DNA from: Octopus vulgaris
Lineage: Eukaryota
Assembly: GCA_951406725.2 (NCBI GenBank)
Contig: OX597821.1
Span: 45,012,001-45,076,000 of the forward strand
Direction: 5' to 3'
Length of the DNA: 64,000 nt
Shown: positions 1-13,140 of the stretch, in pieces
How positions within the stretch are numbered: position 1 is the first letter of the stretch
Layout of the letters: the number at the start of each line of letters is the position of its first letter
The notes under the pieces: generated by a model
Told to the model about the DNA's origin: nothing
Seen by the model: only the letters and a program-made list of their open reading frames with translations
The model's database searches: none
Position numbers and translations under genes: made by a program

Positions 1-802
1 AAAAAAAAAAAAAAATAGCAAGTGCTAGAGGGTTGATTCATTTAACTAAAACCCTTCAAGGTGGTACCCTAGCTTGGCTACAGTCCAATGGCTGAAACAA
101 TTAAAAGATAAAAGAGTAGCAACATGAGCATCAGTTACTGTTGCACTAATAATATTCCAGTATGTTATGATTTATTTTACTATTCTCATTTCCATTCTCT
201 CTCTCTTTCTATGAATAACAACGTGTCTGTTTTGTTTTCCCCATTCTTGAAATACTTGATTATTTTCTCTGTTTATTATTTTCCTTTTATGCTATCATAA
301 TATATTTAGGAAAAAGGCTATTGCTAAGTTTCAACAGCATTTACCATTATATCTGATTCTGAAAAAATGAAACTGTTATGCAATCTGTCAGGTGATTTGA
401 AATATACAATAGAAGTTCAATTTTCACTGGATTTTTTTGTTTTATGTAATTACTGCATTTTATATCTTCCACTCAATTACCTCTTCCATATTTTATACTT
501 AACTACCTAATTATGTCAAACAATATTAATAATTAAAATAGCAGAACTGAAATAAGTTTAATATTATAAAGACCCACTGTTGGCATAATAAGAATGTAAA
601 ACACATTCTTTTTATATTGTTGACATGTGGGTAAAAGAAGGAGAGGTTTCCACTCACAACAAGGTTTTGTAATATTTAAATATATTACATTTCTGATTAA
701 CACTTTGTTGTGCATGAATAGCGATTACTTAATTTAGTGTTTATACATTTAATGTGCTAAGAATGGCTAGGTGTGGCTTTGTGATATATACGAGCATGTG
801 TG

Positions 803-871
<69 letters not shown>

Positions 872-1354
872 TCATCATCATTTAATGTCTATCTTCCATG
901 CAAGCATGGGTATATATATATATATATATAATGAAACAGGAAAATGGAAATTTTTCAGTATTATTTATTCTCCATTATCTTTCATTTGCTAATAGGAAGT
1001 ACAAAAGTATATGTGTGTGTGTGTGCATGCATACATGCATATGCTCATGTGTGTGTTACTGTCATGCAAGTGGTGTTCTTCATGTCCAATCATACATGGA
1101 AACATGTCTGTTGATGGAGAAAAAGAACCTTACTTGGGAGCAAGTGAAAGTTGGTGATAGGAAGGGCTTCTGGTTGTAGAAAATCTATCACAAAAATTCT
1201 GACCTATGTGAGCATGCTAAAGTGAATATTAAAATGATGATAATGAGCATCAGTACTATATGTGGGTGTATATATATATAATACAGCTATTGTGAGTGAA
1301 CCAGCTAAAGGACATAGAACAGAAAGCATTTGTTGTATATAGGATATGCAACAA

Positions 1355-1680
1355 TACAAAGTGTTTCAAAAATCTATGGTAGCATGATTGAACTGGTACC
1401 ATTTAAAAACTAAAAGTATCAAGTTTTCTTCTGTTAATTTGATTTTAATTTAATTAAATGTGATTTAATTTTGTTTTTTATCTCTTTCCAGATTCAGTAA
1501 TGTCATTCACAAAACAAGAGAAGTCATTTTGCATCCTAGAATATGATAAAACTGAATCATGGACACAATGTTCAACACAAATTTCGTATGTTTACCAAGC
1601 AGGCACTAGACAGACATTCTATTTTGAACTGGTATGCAAAATTTAAGGAGGAGGAGTGTTTGTGCCCTCAGAGTATTTCT
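1355..1680 (+). mobile_element. Tc1/mariner-superfamily 5' fragment (DUF4817-like HTH N-terminus)
   Basis: TIR-like TACAAAGTGTTTCAAAA at about 1355. ATG at 1500 gives MSFTKQEKSFCILEYDKTESW, then a frameshift to VQHKFR...SILNWYAKFKEEECLC. Confidence 0.65.
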
Positions 1681-1740
1681 ATGTCCTGGCTCATACCTGC
1701 TCAGAATACATGTATACATACATATATATATATATATATA

Positions 1741-3650
1741 GTTGAAATTTATAGAAAAACAAAAGATGAAGACAGGTGTATGAACAACAAGCAGGTGTAT
1801 TAGTTTGATGCTTGGGATTGTGAGAAAGTCTTTTACGTTTTGAGCCTATGCTCTTCAACAGAAAGGAATAAGAGAAAATAATCAGAGACTAAAGAAACTT
1901 GTGGATTTAGCAATCAAGCATGGCAACTGGTTGGGAAAAAAAGATTTGACAGGAGAGATAGAAAGAAAGGAAGATACTAAAGTATTGGTGATCCCAAAAC
2001 GAAGGTGCACATGCATGTATGTATGTGAGAATGTGTGTGTGGATAGGGGCCAGTGACTTTGACGTGTGAATGTGTGCAGGCATCTGTAATGTGTGGGGGT
2101 GCAGGTGATGGGGTGTTGTGTAGGTGCTGGGAAGTGGTCAGTGCTAGTGTGTGTGGAGTGGTGTGGGTGGGGTGGTGGTATTGGATGTGGGGATGGGGTG
2201 GGGATGTGTATGTGGGTGCAGGGGTGGGTATGTGGGAGTGGTGTGCATGGGGTAGGGTGTTGATGGAGAGAGTATCAATGAAGAGAGAAGGTGGGTAGGA
2301 GTGAAGAGAGGAAGTAGGTGTCAGAGGAAGAGAGGAGAGTAGAGGAGTTGAGTCCATATGGTGCAAAGGAGTGAAGAGAAGATTAATTCCTGTTCATGGC
2401 AAAGGTTGGAGTCCGGATGGCTCCTGTGCCAAGACAATCTGAACACAGACAGGTGTTGTAGTGTATTTTGAGATCAATTCTGTGGGGCAGTTACAGGCGT
2501 AGATGATGGGGCAGCCAGGGTTTTGTAGGTTTTGGAAAGGAACTAAATGATGGGGGTGCATGGAGTGCAGACAATGAGGTTGGAGGCAGTGAGAGGGAGA
2601 CGGGAGGAGGAGATGAGGTCATGGATAGTGCAGGATACATACTGTTGGCAGTTAGGTGTGGGGTTGGAGGGCAGAAGGCAATAGGTGTCTTGAAATTGGT
2701 GGAGAGCTTCAGCCTTGTAGAGGTCTGTGTGTCACACCATCATGGCTCCACTCTTGTCAGCCGGTTTTATGATGATGTCTTTGCAGCATCAGAAACATTG
2801 AAGGGCCAAGAGTTCAACCGGGGAGATGTCAAAATGTCAGGGATGCCTGCAAAAGTTAAAACAGTCCACAACATGGCCAGATGCTTGCAAAATGATCAAC
2901 TGCTTGGAACTGGCCAGGAGCTGGCATCCAATGGGATGGTTGGCGACCCAGGCCAGTGAAGCAGCCCTCTTCATTAGATGCAGGTGGAGTGTTGTGGAAT
3001 GGTGCATATAGCCTGACATGGTGCACAAAGCTATGAATATCAGCATGGGTCTGAAATTCGTTACTGGATGGAGTGAAGGCGATGAAATGCAGACCCTTAC
3101 TGAGAGTAGAGCACTCCGCCTCAGGGAGGGGAAGATCAGGAGGAATGGTAACAATAGACTGAAGTGGAGAGGGGGTGGATAAGTTAGATGTGGAAAGGGT
3201 GGTACAAGGGGTGGTGGTGAAGGCTGAGAGGAGAGAGAGTAAGTGCATGGGGCGTTGGAGTAACGGAAGGGTGGGGATGAAAATGTGGGGGAGTGTATCA
3301 AGGAGGGAGGAGAAGTGGGTGTAACGGCATTGGATGTGACAGAATGAAGGATTCACAGGAGTTTATGCTGTTTAGTGTGAGCAAAGAACTCACGGAAAAG
3401 ATGATTTAAATGGATTATGAAGCATAGAGTGGAATGTGCAAAGGAAGGTGAAACAGATGAGAAAAGGGTGGGAAAAAGGTGGTTGAGGGTGTGTATTTTG
3501 GAAAGATTAGAACTTTCTTGAATTGCACCTGACTCTCTCTTGAATTGCTCCACCTTTTGACAGGTTTTGTTCTTTATCCTGTAGGGTGTCCACTAAATTA
3601 AATAAATCACCCTCCTTACAAAGCAAGCTTGATGGGGTATTCAGTTAGCA
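1741..3650 (-). mobile_element. Decayed Penelope-like retroelement (N-terminal and early RT fragments plus terminal repeat)
   Basis: Minus-strand peptides LPEAECSTLSKGLHF...NEFQTHADIHSFVHHVRL (PLE N-terminal LSKGLxF motif) and PGCPIIYACNCPTELISKY (PLE RT PGRPIxS motif), with stops and frameshifts. Degenerate hammerhead at 1830-1865. Bounded by TA microsatellites. Confidence 0.8.
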
Positions 3651-3689
3651 GTAGTGCTTGAGAGCAGCGCTCAGAAAACATGCACATTC

Positions 3690-3708
3690 ATTATATATAC
3701 ATATGTAA

Positions 3709-3771
<63 letters not shown>

Positions 3772-3890
3772 TATATATGTATGTATGTATATATGTATAC
3801 ATGTATATATGTGTGTTTGTATATGTGTGCGTGTGTGTGTGCATGTGTATAGATGTATGCATGTATGTATGTGTGTTTATATATATACTG
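3690..3890. repeat. Compound (TA)n/(TG)n microsatellite
   Basis: Directly visible. Similar tracts at about 790-930, 4485-4520, 7240-7295, 28475-28550 and 28945-29030. Confidence 0.95.
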
Positions 3891-4480
3891 GCAGCTAAGC
3901 CTGGTTTCACCTGGCTGGTTTGGATGATGTGGCTGTAAAACCTGTTCTGTGTAAGCCTTCAACTTGTTTGGGTGCGCTTACATGAAAAAACAATTTTAGA
4001 ATTACTTTTTTCGGTCAAAACGCTAAAAATAACTGACCAACAAAATAAAACAACCAAGATTCAACCAAATCAAAAAATAAACCCAGATACTAACAAACAA
4101 TGATGAACCATACCACTTCCATTGTGTACGCTCATGCACACACACATTCACATACCCCGCCTTTTTACATACACACACATATATTCACACAGAGTTGAAA
4201 TGCTGTTTGATTTATTTTTACAGTGTACAATTTTCATCATCCCACTACCAATTATGACATCACTCCTTCCTTCCTTATTCATCTATCATCCCTTCCTTTC
4301 TCATTCATAAACACAAGAGTATTATTATAGATTATCTCGGTAACCATGGGAGCGATGAAAAAATACAAAGCCCAGCATCACCACCAGATCAGTCTATAAA
4401 TCCGTGTCATTTTTCGTGTAATTCTACCCAGCCATTTGACCATGAATCTCAAGACAAGAAAGAATCACCCATGTCAAATT

Positions 4481-4519
<39 letters not shown>

Positions 4520-5534
4520 CGAGAGAGAGAAAGACAGACATAGACAAACAGATAGAGAATGTATGTGTGTGTAGTGGTTTATCTTTAATTCCATGCCGAT
4601 GTGGGTGTGATGGTTTTGCATTGAAGGAACTGTTTTTACAGCTGGATGTCCTTCATACTTCAGACTCATTCAGCTATGAAGCAAAAGTCCACAGATCAAG
4701 TGGAGAAAGTAAAGGACCCAGCACAATGACAGTATAGTTGAACATGACTGTTCAAGTCATTAAGTCCATATCTTCCATTCATAGCTGTTTATGTTGTGAT
4801 CATCGACTCGACTCACCGCCATAACCTCATGCAGCTGTTATACATATCACTTTACATAAATTTGTAAGTATGTCGGTGGAAATGTGGCATGTGTATATTA
4901 TATATCATCATCATCATCATCATCATTTTAACGTTCACTTCTCTATGCTTGCATGGGTAGGATAGAGTTTATTGAGGCAGATTTTCTACAGCTGGATGTC
5001 CTTTCTGTCACTAACCCTCACCTGTTTCAAGGTAAAGTAATATTTCCCCATGGCAGACATATTTTCACAGAATATTAGAAATAGAAATGAACGACACTGC
5101 TTGTATGACAGTGTCACTCATTTACAACTATCATGCAATGTCAAGATAGGGAGACACCTACACATGTAGTCTCACACATGGCCTAGTGATTAGAGTGTTG
5201 CACTCACAATTGCTAGATCATGGGTTCAATTCCCAGACCAGGCAGCGTGTTGTGTTCTTGAGCTAAACATTACTCTATGGATGGGACAGTGGCAAAATCA
5301 TTGACACATGGACGGAAATGTTTTACAGTATATCTTATGGCTGTCTATAGTCTGAGTTCAAATCTCATCTACCAGTAGAAGGAAACCATTCCAGTATTCA
5401 TTCCATGTCTAGTCATGGTAGCTAAAGTTCCAGTAATCAACTTAACAGGTATGGGCCCTCCCAGGTCCTATAAAGTGTTAGAGAAGGTTCACATGTAAAG
5501 GACCACCATTAAACTATATATATATTTATATATA

Positions 5535-5878
5535 TTCCTTTACTTGTTTCAGTTATTTGACTGTGGCCATGCTGGAGCACCACCTTGAAGGGTTTGAACA
5601 AATCAACTCTAGGACTCATTTTTAAGCCTAGTATTTATTTTATCAGTCTTTTTGGCTGAACTGCTAGATTACAGGGATGTAAACACATCAACACCAGTTG
5701 TCAAGCAGTGATGGTGGAGGGGACAAACACAGACACATATATACAATGGGCTTTTTTCAGTTTCCGTCTAGCAAATCCACTCACAAGGTTTTGGTTGGCC
5801 AAGGCACCACACAATGGGACTGAACCCTGAACCATGTGGTTGAGAAGCTTCTTACCACACTGCCATGCCTGTGCCTGT
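5535..5878 (-). mobile_element. SINE family A, diverged
   Basis: Reverse-complement similarity to both the head and the tail of 8040-8442. Confidence 0.75.
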
Positions 5879-5927
5879 GTATATATATATATATAGATAT
5901 ATATAAATATACGACATACACACACAT

Positions 5928-7238
5928 ATATATATACATAAATGTGTAATGGTGTCTGTGTGTGTGTATGTTTGGGGTTACTCTTAACTCCTCCCACACC
6001 CTCCAAATGATTTTAATGATTTTTGACACATAGGTAGATCACATACCCTGAAGTTCAAATAAGGCCAGAATTTTTCAAAAACTTGATAATGCTCAGTTGA
6101 CATCGATTTTTGTGAGCTCAATTATGGTATTTGAATGGAAATTCCCATAAAGATGTTATTTTTCCTGCAGCTTTTGCATTTTTTAACTGATTTAATGACA
6201 ATCAATGAGTGACCGAGGCTCATGGCAGTGAGTTGGTGTCAGTATACGTGGCGTTAACAAAAATTCAATAATTGCGCCTGAGTAGTGGTTTTATAAAATC
6301 TATAGGCTTTTTGTGTGCAAATATCTGTAGGGATTCTATTTTTGACCATAACTTTTATATTTTTCATCCAATGTTAATGAAATTTGAGATGTAGGTAAAG
6401 GTGTTTATTTAATTCAAAAGGGCTTGAAAAGGGCACAAATGCAAATAAGCATTTCTTTAAAGACATTCTTATCGATTTTGTAGAAATTTTACACGTGATT
6501 ACAGTACATGTCCATTAGTTGATGCCAGTATAAAGATTTGACAAAAAAAATCGATAATTGCACATGAGTGGGGTATTTTTAGGAAATCATTAGGCTTTTT
6601 GTATGCAATTACCCATAAGATTAATATTTTATACTGCAACTTTTACAGAATTCATCCGATTTTGATGAAATTTGACATTTAGGTAAAGTTTATAGTCAGA
6701 GTTATGTAGTAGAATTAAAATTAAATTAGTGAAAGGCAGAAATTGTCAAAATTCACTCACAATAAAATAATGAACTGATTTTGAAGAAAATTAACCCATG
6801 AGTAAAATTAAGCACTTCAACATATGAAACATCAATTATTCATATAATGTATTGGGATTTAGAAGTCAATGGTATATTTTCATGTAAATGGTCCCAGGGA
6901 TTCTATTTTATGACATAACCTTAGCACTTTTCTTCGGATTTTGCTCAGATTGAACACACTGATCAATTTTGAACAGAGGGTGACATGAAGGGGAAAGAAA
7001 TAAACAAACATCACTCTCAATGGGTAGAGGTACACCCAAAAGTTTGACTGCGATTTCAGACGGTCCAGTATGTAGGAGTATGTCAAAAGAGTTAACCAGG
7101 TATAATCCCTGCTGAACCCGATATAACATCTTAATGGGTAATGGTTGGCATGGGGAATGAAGAAGATTTCAATGCAAGGTCAGAGGTGGGCTTAACTTCA
7201 ACATGGAAAACACAAACAACACTGGATCCAACAGCTAG
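5928..7238 (+). mobile_element. Non-autonomous Helitron-like element with degenerate internal repeats of about 290 bp
   Basis: 5' TATATA...GTCTGTGTGTG start. Repeated CCGATTTTGATGAAATTTG-like motifs. 3' end CAACACTGGATCCAACAGCTAG|T, with CTAG at 7235-7238. No TSD. The 5' boundary is approximate. Confidence 0.55.
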
Positions 7239-7278
<40 letters not shown>

Positions 7279-7519
7279 CATACATATATATATATGGCAT
7301 TCTAACAATAGTCATCCACGTCTTTTCAGACACAGTTTATCTTAAACTTCATTATGTAATATGTCCTCTTTTTAAAAAAAAAGATGGTGATTTGAAGATT
7401 TGGATGTTATTTGTAGCAGATCAAGTGACCATGTAGTGCACCTGAGTACTGTATACAATAAACTCATTCATAACAGGAAGATGGGGATTATTTTACTCAC
7501 AGGCAAAATTTCACTTGCA

Positions 7520-7975
7520 TTCAGGTATGGCTGTGTGGTTAAAAATCTTGCTTTCCAACCAGTTGGTTCTGGGTTCAACCCCATTACATAGCACCTTAAG
7601 GAAGTATTTTCTACTATATCCCGAGCTTGACCAAAGTCTTGTGAGTGAATTTCATAAAAAAGAAACAAACAAGCCCATGAATATATATATATATATATAT
7701 TCATGTGTATATGTGTGAGTTGGTGTCTCCTTGTATTGAAATGTATGAGAGCTGTAAACAAATGTCACTGTCATATAGATGGTGTCCTTTGTTCCCAATC
7801 TTCTATGCAAACATGTCCAGTCATGGGAAATATTTTTGGAAACAGATGAGTGTCTGCAGTAAAAGGGCATTCAATCATAGGAAATCTACCTCAATAAATC
7901 CCATTCAACTCATGCAAGCACGGAAAGGTGGACATTATAACAATGACATTGATGATGATGATGATGATGATGATT
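7520..7975 (+). mobile_element. SINE with family-A tRNA head and RTE-like (GAT)n tail
   Basis: Head like 8040, but the 3' part ends GGACATT...(GAT)n. Related copies at about 48960-49375 (-), 51015-51365 (+) and 55420-55770 (+). Confidence 0.65.
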
Positions 7976-8039
7976 CAAATCTGAAATTGCCTACTGACAA
8001 GATCTTTGAAAAGTCCATATGGAAAAATCTGTTAAAAGC

Positions 8040-8442
8040 AGCAGGAGTGGCTGTGTGGTAAGTAGCTTGCTAACCAACCACATGGTTCCGGGTTCAGTCC
8101 CACTGCGTGGCATCTTGGGCAAGTGCCTTCTGCTATAGCCCCGGGCCGACCAATGCCTTGTGAGTGGATTTGGTAGACGGAAACTGTAAGAAGCCTGTCG
8201 TATATATGTATATATATATATATATGTGTGTGTTTGTGTGTCTATGTTTGTCTCCCTAGCATTGCTTGACAACCGATGCTGGTGTGTTTACGTCCCCGTC
8301 ACTTAGTGGTTCGGCAAAAGAGACCGATAGAATAAGTACTGGGCTTACAAAGAATAAGTTCCGGGGTCGATTTGCTCGACTAAAGGCGGTGCTCCAGCAT
8401 GGCTACAGTCAAATGACTGAAACAAGTAAAAGAGTGAGAGTA
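8040..8442 (+). mobile_element. tRNA-derived SINE family A, full length
   Basis: A-box-like TGGCTGTGTGG, B-box-like GGTTCAGTCCC, CORE-like CTTGGGCAAGTG, central TA/TG microsatellite and AAAGAGT-type tail. Near-identical to 45587-46430. Many further copies in the window. Confidence 0.9.
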
Positions 8443-10777
8443 ATTGAATTTTAATTACTAATGAATTTGTAAAATTTAAGATTTATTATTGTCTCCATAG
8501 CACTGATGTGATCCCAAAATGTTCCTTAGTACCTGTAATTCACCCCACTGATGCTAACTATAAAGCTTTTGCATCCCTGACAAAGAGGCTTCTTCAATTT
8601 GGCTCATAATTACATGTATTGCTTAATTATATAACTGGTTTCTGTTTGTTTTTAAGAAGCAAACCCAGCCACACACCAGTTAGTTGCACCATTAGATCAA
8701 ACTATTTCTAATTTAGAAGTATCTTCATCACAGGAAGCAGAATTATATTACTGAAACCTGAGATTGCGCTAGGAATTTGTTTTTGTTATCAGAGCTGAAA
8801 TCCTAAAGCAGTTAGTTATCAGGCCAAATAACATCCACAGGAACTCAGTTGTTTTACAGAAAGGTGAAAAAACAGCAAAACTTTTTATATATGGATGCAC
8901 TGATATGTTTTCTTCAAATGTACAAATGATAAAGAAATATTAAATAAATTTTTTTTTAAACATATTGTAGATTATTACATTTATACATATTCTATCTATC
9001 ATTTTCCCCATGCTAGCAGCATGTCTTGTGATTCTTCGAATTCAGTTATTTGTATTGTTTGCTAAAGCAAATGTTGTTTTCCACTGAATATTATTGCCAA
9101 CAAATATCACCTAGTTATCTATTGAGATAAGTTTTCTTGTGCGTTTGTTAATATACACTAATATAATGTATACATGAGTATAGAAGGAATGGTTCTATGG
9201 TTAACATTTTGCAACCATTTAGATAAGTGCTTGATGTTGTCTTCCAAGCTGACCAATATCTTATGAGTGAAATTTCAACAATGGAAACTGGAAATGTGTT
9301 AACACTGACCTATGGCTAAACAACAGCACTAATTATGTACTCAATCCACTTGTTTCAGTAGGTGAGCAGAGGGGTTGTCATGGTTTTAAGCAGCATAAAT
9401 GTAAATCCAAACGCTTTCCGTCTGTCTGTCTCTCTCACATACACACACACACACATGCATGCATAACACACATACATGCGATGGGCTTCTATATTGGTTC
9501 TTTCTACCAAAGTTCATTCCAAATATTAATAGACTTGAGGCTATAGTAGAAGTCACTTAACTAAGGTGCTATGCATTGGGACCAAATCCAGAACCACATG
9601 TTTGTGAAGCAACTTTTTAATCATCCAGCCATGACTACACCTATATTACTGATGTGTTTATTTTAAAATCCGCAGCTCAGTGGAGCAACAACTATAAATC
9701 AATCATTGGAACTATGAGTTCAAGTGTAGCCATATGAGCTTGTATTTGATTAGAAAATAAGGACATTATAGAATAAATTAAGCTTTGTTAAAGCTTTACC
9801 AATGTAGCCATACAGTAGAATAATATTATAGATAGACTATGCCTTCAATTTTGATCCATATTAAGATTGCTTACATCTTAACTTAGAGTGAAAAGTAATA
9901 GATATCAACTTTCAAGGTAGAAGAGACAAGTATATAACCAGTCCTGTAGCTTTCAGATATGTTGTCTCCTAAAACTGTGTATTCAATACTACTTACTTGA
10001 ACTTTTACACAATCTAAAGAGTCAAATGTTTCAAACAAAATATCTTTTCAAAAGAAATTATTATCTTCATGTTTCTCTTTAAACTTTCAACCTTCTTTGA
10101 GTTTTCAAAATAACTGTGGAATTTTCACAGGTACTATTTGTTTTAATAGAACTAATATGCAAGAAGGAAAAAACATAATTGTTAGCACACCAGACAAAAT
10201 GTTTAGCAGCATTTCATTTGTTGCTATGTCCAGGGTTCAAATTCTGCTGAGGTCGACTTTGCCTTTCATCCTTTCAGGTCAATAAAATAAGTACCAGTTG
10301 AGTACTGGGGTTGATGTAATTGATTTGCTCCCTCCTCTGAGCTTCCTGGCCTTATGCCAAAATATGAAACCCATATTATTTCAATTATTTCAGAAAAACA
10401 ATAGCAGACATGCTTTGGTCATATTAGATCTCAGAACAGGATTAGAACATATTAGGTCTCCTCAGAATGGTATGAAGTAATTATAAGTGAATTATCAATC
10501 AATGTACAGTAAGTGTGAAAATTAGCATATCTAAGAAGAATGAATCACTGAAGATATTGAAAAATAAGTCAAGTTAGGGTTTACATCTGTTGTAGTGAAC
10601 ATAAAAAAAGCAAATTAGGTATGGTTGTATGGTAGGAAGTTTGCTTTCCAACATCATTCTGGGTTTTGTCTCACTGTATGGCACCTTGAGCAAGTATCTT
10701 CTTCCATAGCTTCAGGCTAACCAAAAATTGTTTTTACTTGTACATGATGAAGTCTGTTTCACCAACAAGGTCTAATG

Positions 10778-13132
10778 CAGTGATTCCCAAGGTGGGGCCT
10801 GAGAAAATTCAGGTGGGGCGCGGGGCATAGACGTGGGCTGTGAAAATATTTGTACATGACGAGCGGTCATCGCGGGCACAACCTTAGATTCCGTCTTTCC
10901 TTTGAAGCCTCCACATCGGAAACTCTCGCACCCCAGCGAGACAAAGAAGATCCCGCACTGAGCAATAAACTTACTATTCAGATAAGCCAATCAATTGCCT
11001 CAATTAGTTTGCCTCAATTAGTCTTTTGTTAGCCCTATTGAAAATGAGCAAACCAAACAAGAAGAAGACTCGTCAATACGCGGTGGAGTTTTTGAAGTTT
11101 GGATTCATTCCTGATGAGCATGATGAGTGTAAACCGTTTTGCTTATTATGTAATCAGACGATGAGCAATGAGTCAATGAAGGCAGGTAGGCTGGAAGCGC
11201 ACTTAAAGATAAGACATCCTAATAATTCTAATTTAGATTTGGAATACTTCAAATCATTGAAAGAAAAATTTAAAAACCGAACAAAACTCACTTCACTATT
11301 TCATGCAAAACAAGCGCCTCATGCTCGTGCCCTTGAAGCCAGCTACGAAATCTCCTTGCTTATAGCAAAACATGGAAAGAATCACACTATTGGAGAGCAA
11401 CTGATTAAACCTGCTATCTCAATATTCTTAAAAACTGTATTACAAAAAGATGATGGAGATATCAGGACTATGCCACTCAGTAATAACACTGTCTCGAACA
11501 GAATAGATGAAATGGGGCAAGATGTTGAAAGCCAGCTCATTGAGAAATTAAAATTGCGTAAGTTTTCATTACAAATGGACGAATCCACAATCCGGGACAG
11601 TGAGGCTCTGTTATTGACTTATGTGAGGTATATTGACCACGAGGAGTTTCAGGAAGAGATGCTGTTCTGCGAATCGTTTGAAACCACCACAACTGCAAAT
11701 GATATTTACATCAAAATCAAACATTATTTGGATGCAAACAAAATACCAAAGGAAAACTTACTGGCATGTGCGGCAGACGGTGCACCTGCCATGATGGGCA
11801 AGAATACGGGATGCTTAAAAATGATGAAGGATGAAAATCCAAACATGTTGACTGTCCATTGTGTAATACACCGAGAAAACTTGGTTGCCAAGAAATTGTC
11901 CCCTGTTCTTAACAAGATTCTTCAAAGTGTGATCAAGTGTGTCAACAGCATTAAAAGAAATTCTAAATCTGAACGTCTTTTTAAGCAGTTTTGTATAAAT
12001 CAAAGTGCCGAACATGTTCGATTATTGCTTCATACAGAAGTAAGATGGCTATCAAGTGGAAACTGCTTAAAGAGGTTCATGGAATTATTTGATCAGATTA
12101 ACGACTTTCTTAGTGATAAATGTGAAATGAAATTGCTGTCAACAACGGATGGAAAAGCATTTGTCAGTTATTTGACAGACATATTTGAGAAACTTGGAAA
12201 CTTGAATAAACAACTTCAAGGTGCAAACATGACACTTATTGATGCAAAAGCAAAGATTTTTGGATTTATTACAGCTCTCGAATTATGGAAAAAGAAATTT
12301 TCCAAAAGAAATTTCAGTGAACTTTACTGGTTGAGTAAATGTGAAATAACGAATGATGCTGGCATTGTAATTATTGATCATTTAAATATCTTGATAAAGG
12401 ATTTCAATGACAGATTTTGCGATTTAAAGGCAATGAATTTTCCTTCTTGGTTAACTCAACCGCTTCTGATTAACGTTTCTGATGCTACAATCCAATACCA
12501 AGAAGAGTTATCAGAATTACAACATGATGAATCAGTGAAGACTTTGTTTAAATTGAAAGGTACAAAGATGTGGCTATATGACGAGGTTGAAAGAAAATAT
12601 CCTAAAATTTCTACATCAGCGAGAGAGCTACTGATTCCTTTCCCTTCGTCTTATTTGGTCGAATGTGGTTTTAGTGCAGTTGATAATTTGCTCGAAGCCA
12701 AGTAAAACCGGCTTGAGATTACAAAACGTGGCGATTTACGACTGAAATTAACAAAGTTGTCTCCTCAAATTAAAAACTTGTGCTGTATGCATCAGGCACA
12801 GGGTTCTCACTAAATTAGTCGAGCTGACCGTCAAATAATTGAACTGAAAAAACGTGTTTCTTTATTCTTTATAAATTGACATTTTTTAAAAACATGAGAA
12901 ATCGTAATAATTTTATCGATTTATTGGGTGTTATGCACTTTCAGTGCCTGTTGTTTCAATTCTCAAACTATTTTTTTGTATTTTGAATACAATTTTTTAA
13001 TTTTTGATTTTTTTTCAATTGTAAGTAGGCCCACATGTACTTGTAAATGTGAGTGGACATGGGAAAAGGTGGGGCGTAAAAACTTTTGCTATGAAAAAGT
13101 GGGGCGCCGGGAAAAAAGGTTGGGAAACACTG
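10778..13132 (+). mobile_element. hAT DNA transposon, Buster/Charlie family, full length (2355 bp)
   Basis: TIRs CAGTGATTCCCAA (10778) and TTGGGAAACACTG (ends 13132), 12/13 match. Perfect 8-bp TSD GTCTAATG at 10770-10777 and 13133-13140, fitting the nnnTAnnn Buster preference. Contains a transposase ORF. Confidence 0.97.
11044..12813 (+). pseudogene. hAT (ZBED5/ZBED8/SCAND3-like) transposase with one premature stop at 12703-12705
   Basis: BED-type zinc finger (PFCLLC...HLKIRH), catalytic D (LQMDES), D (AADGAPAM), CxxH (HCVIH), RW motif and E (YLVECGFS). The frame continues past the TAA as NRLEITKRGDLRLKLTKLSPQIKNLCCMHQAQGSH* to 12813, a typical Buster C-terminus. Confidence 0.93.
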
Positions 13133-13140
13133 GTCTAATG

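Noticed and set aside
1977-2366. His/Pro/Thr-rich ORF and Gly/Val/Trp-rich antisense ORF
   Set aside because: Low-complexity G/T-rich tract within the decayed Penelope-like element.
771-4737. Many ORFs rich in YIYI/HTHT/CVCV
   Set aside because: They are translations of (TA)n/(CA)n microsatellites. The same applies at 28227-29177 and elsewhere.
8045-8110. tRNA gene
   Set aside because: The A/B-box-like motifs belong to a multi-copy SINE head and no complete cloverleaf is present.
8501-8753. Two short + strand open frames after AG acceptors (TDVIPKC...FGS*; ANPATHQ...LYY*)
   Set aside because: Only about 32-36 codons each, with no recognisable homology and no linked upstream exon. Compatible with chance.
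12703-12705. Rescue of the transposase stop by A-to-I editing
   Set aside because: UAA needs two edits and would give Trp rather than the expected Arg. No local dsRNA is evident.
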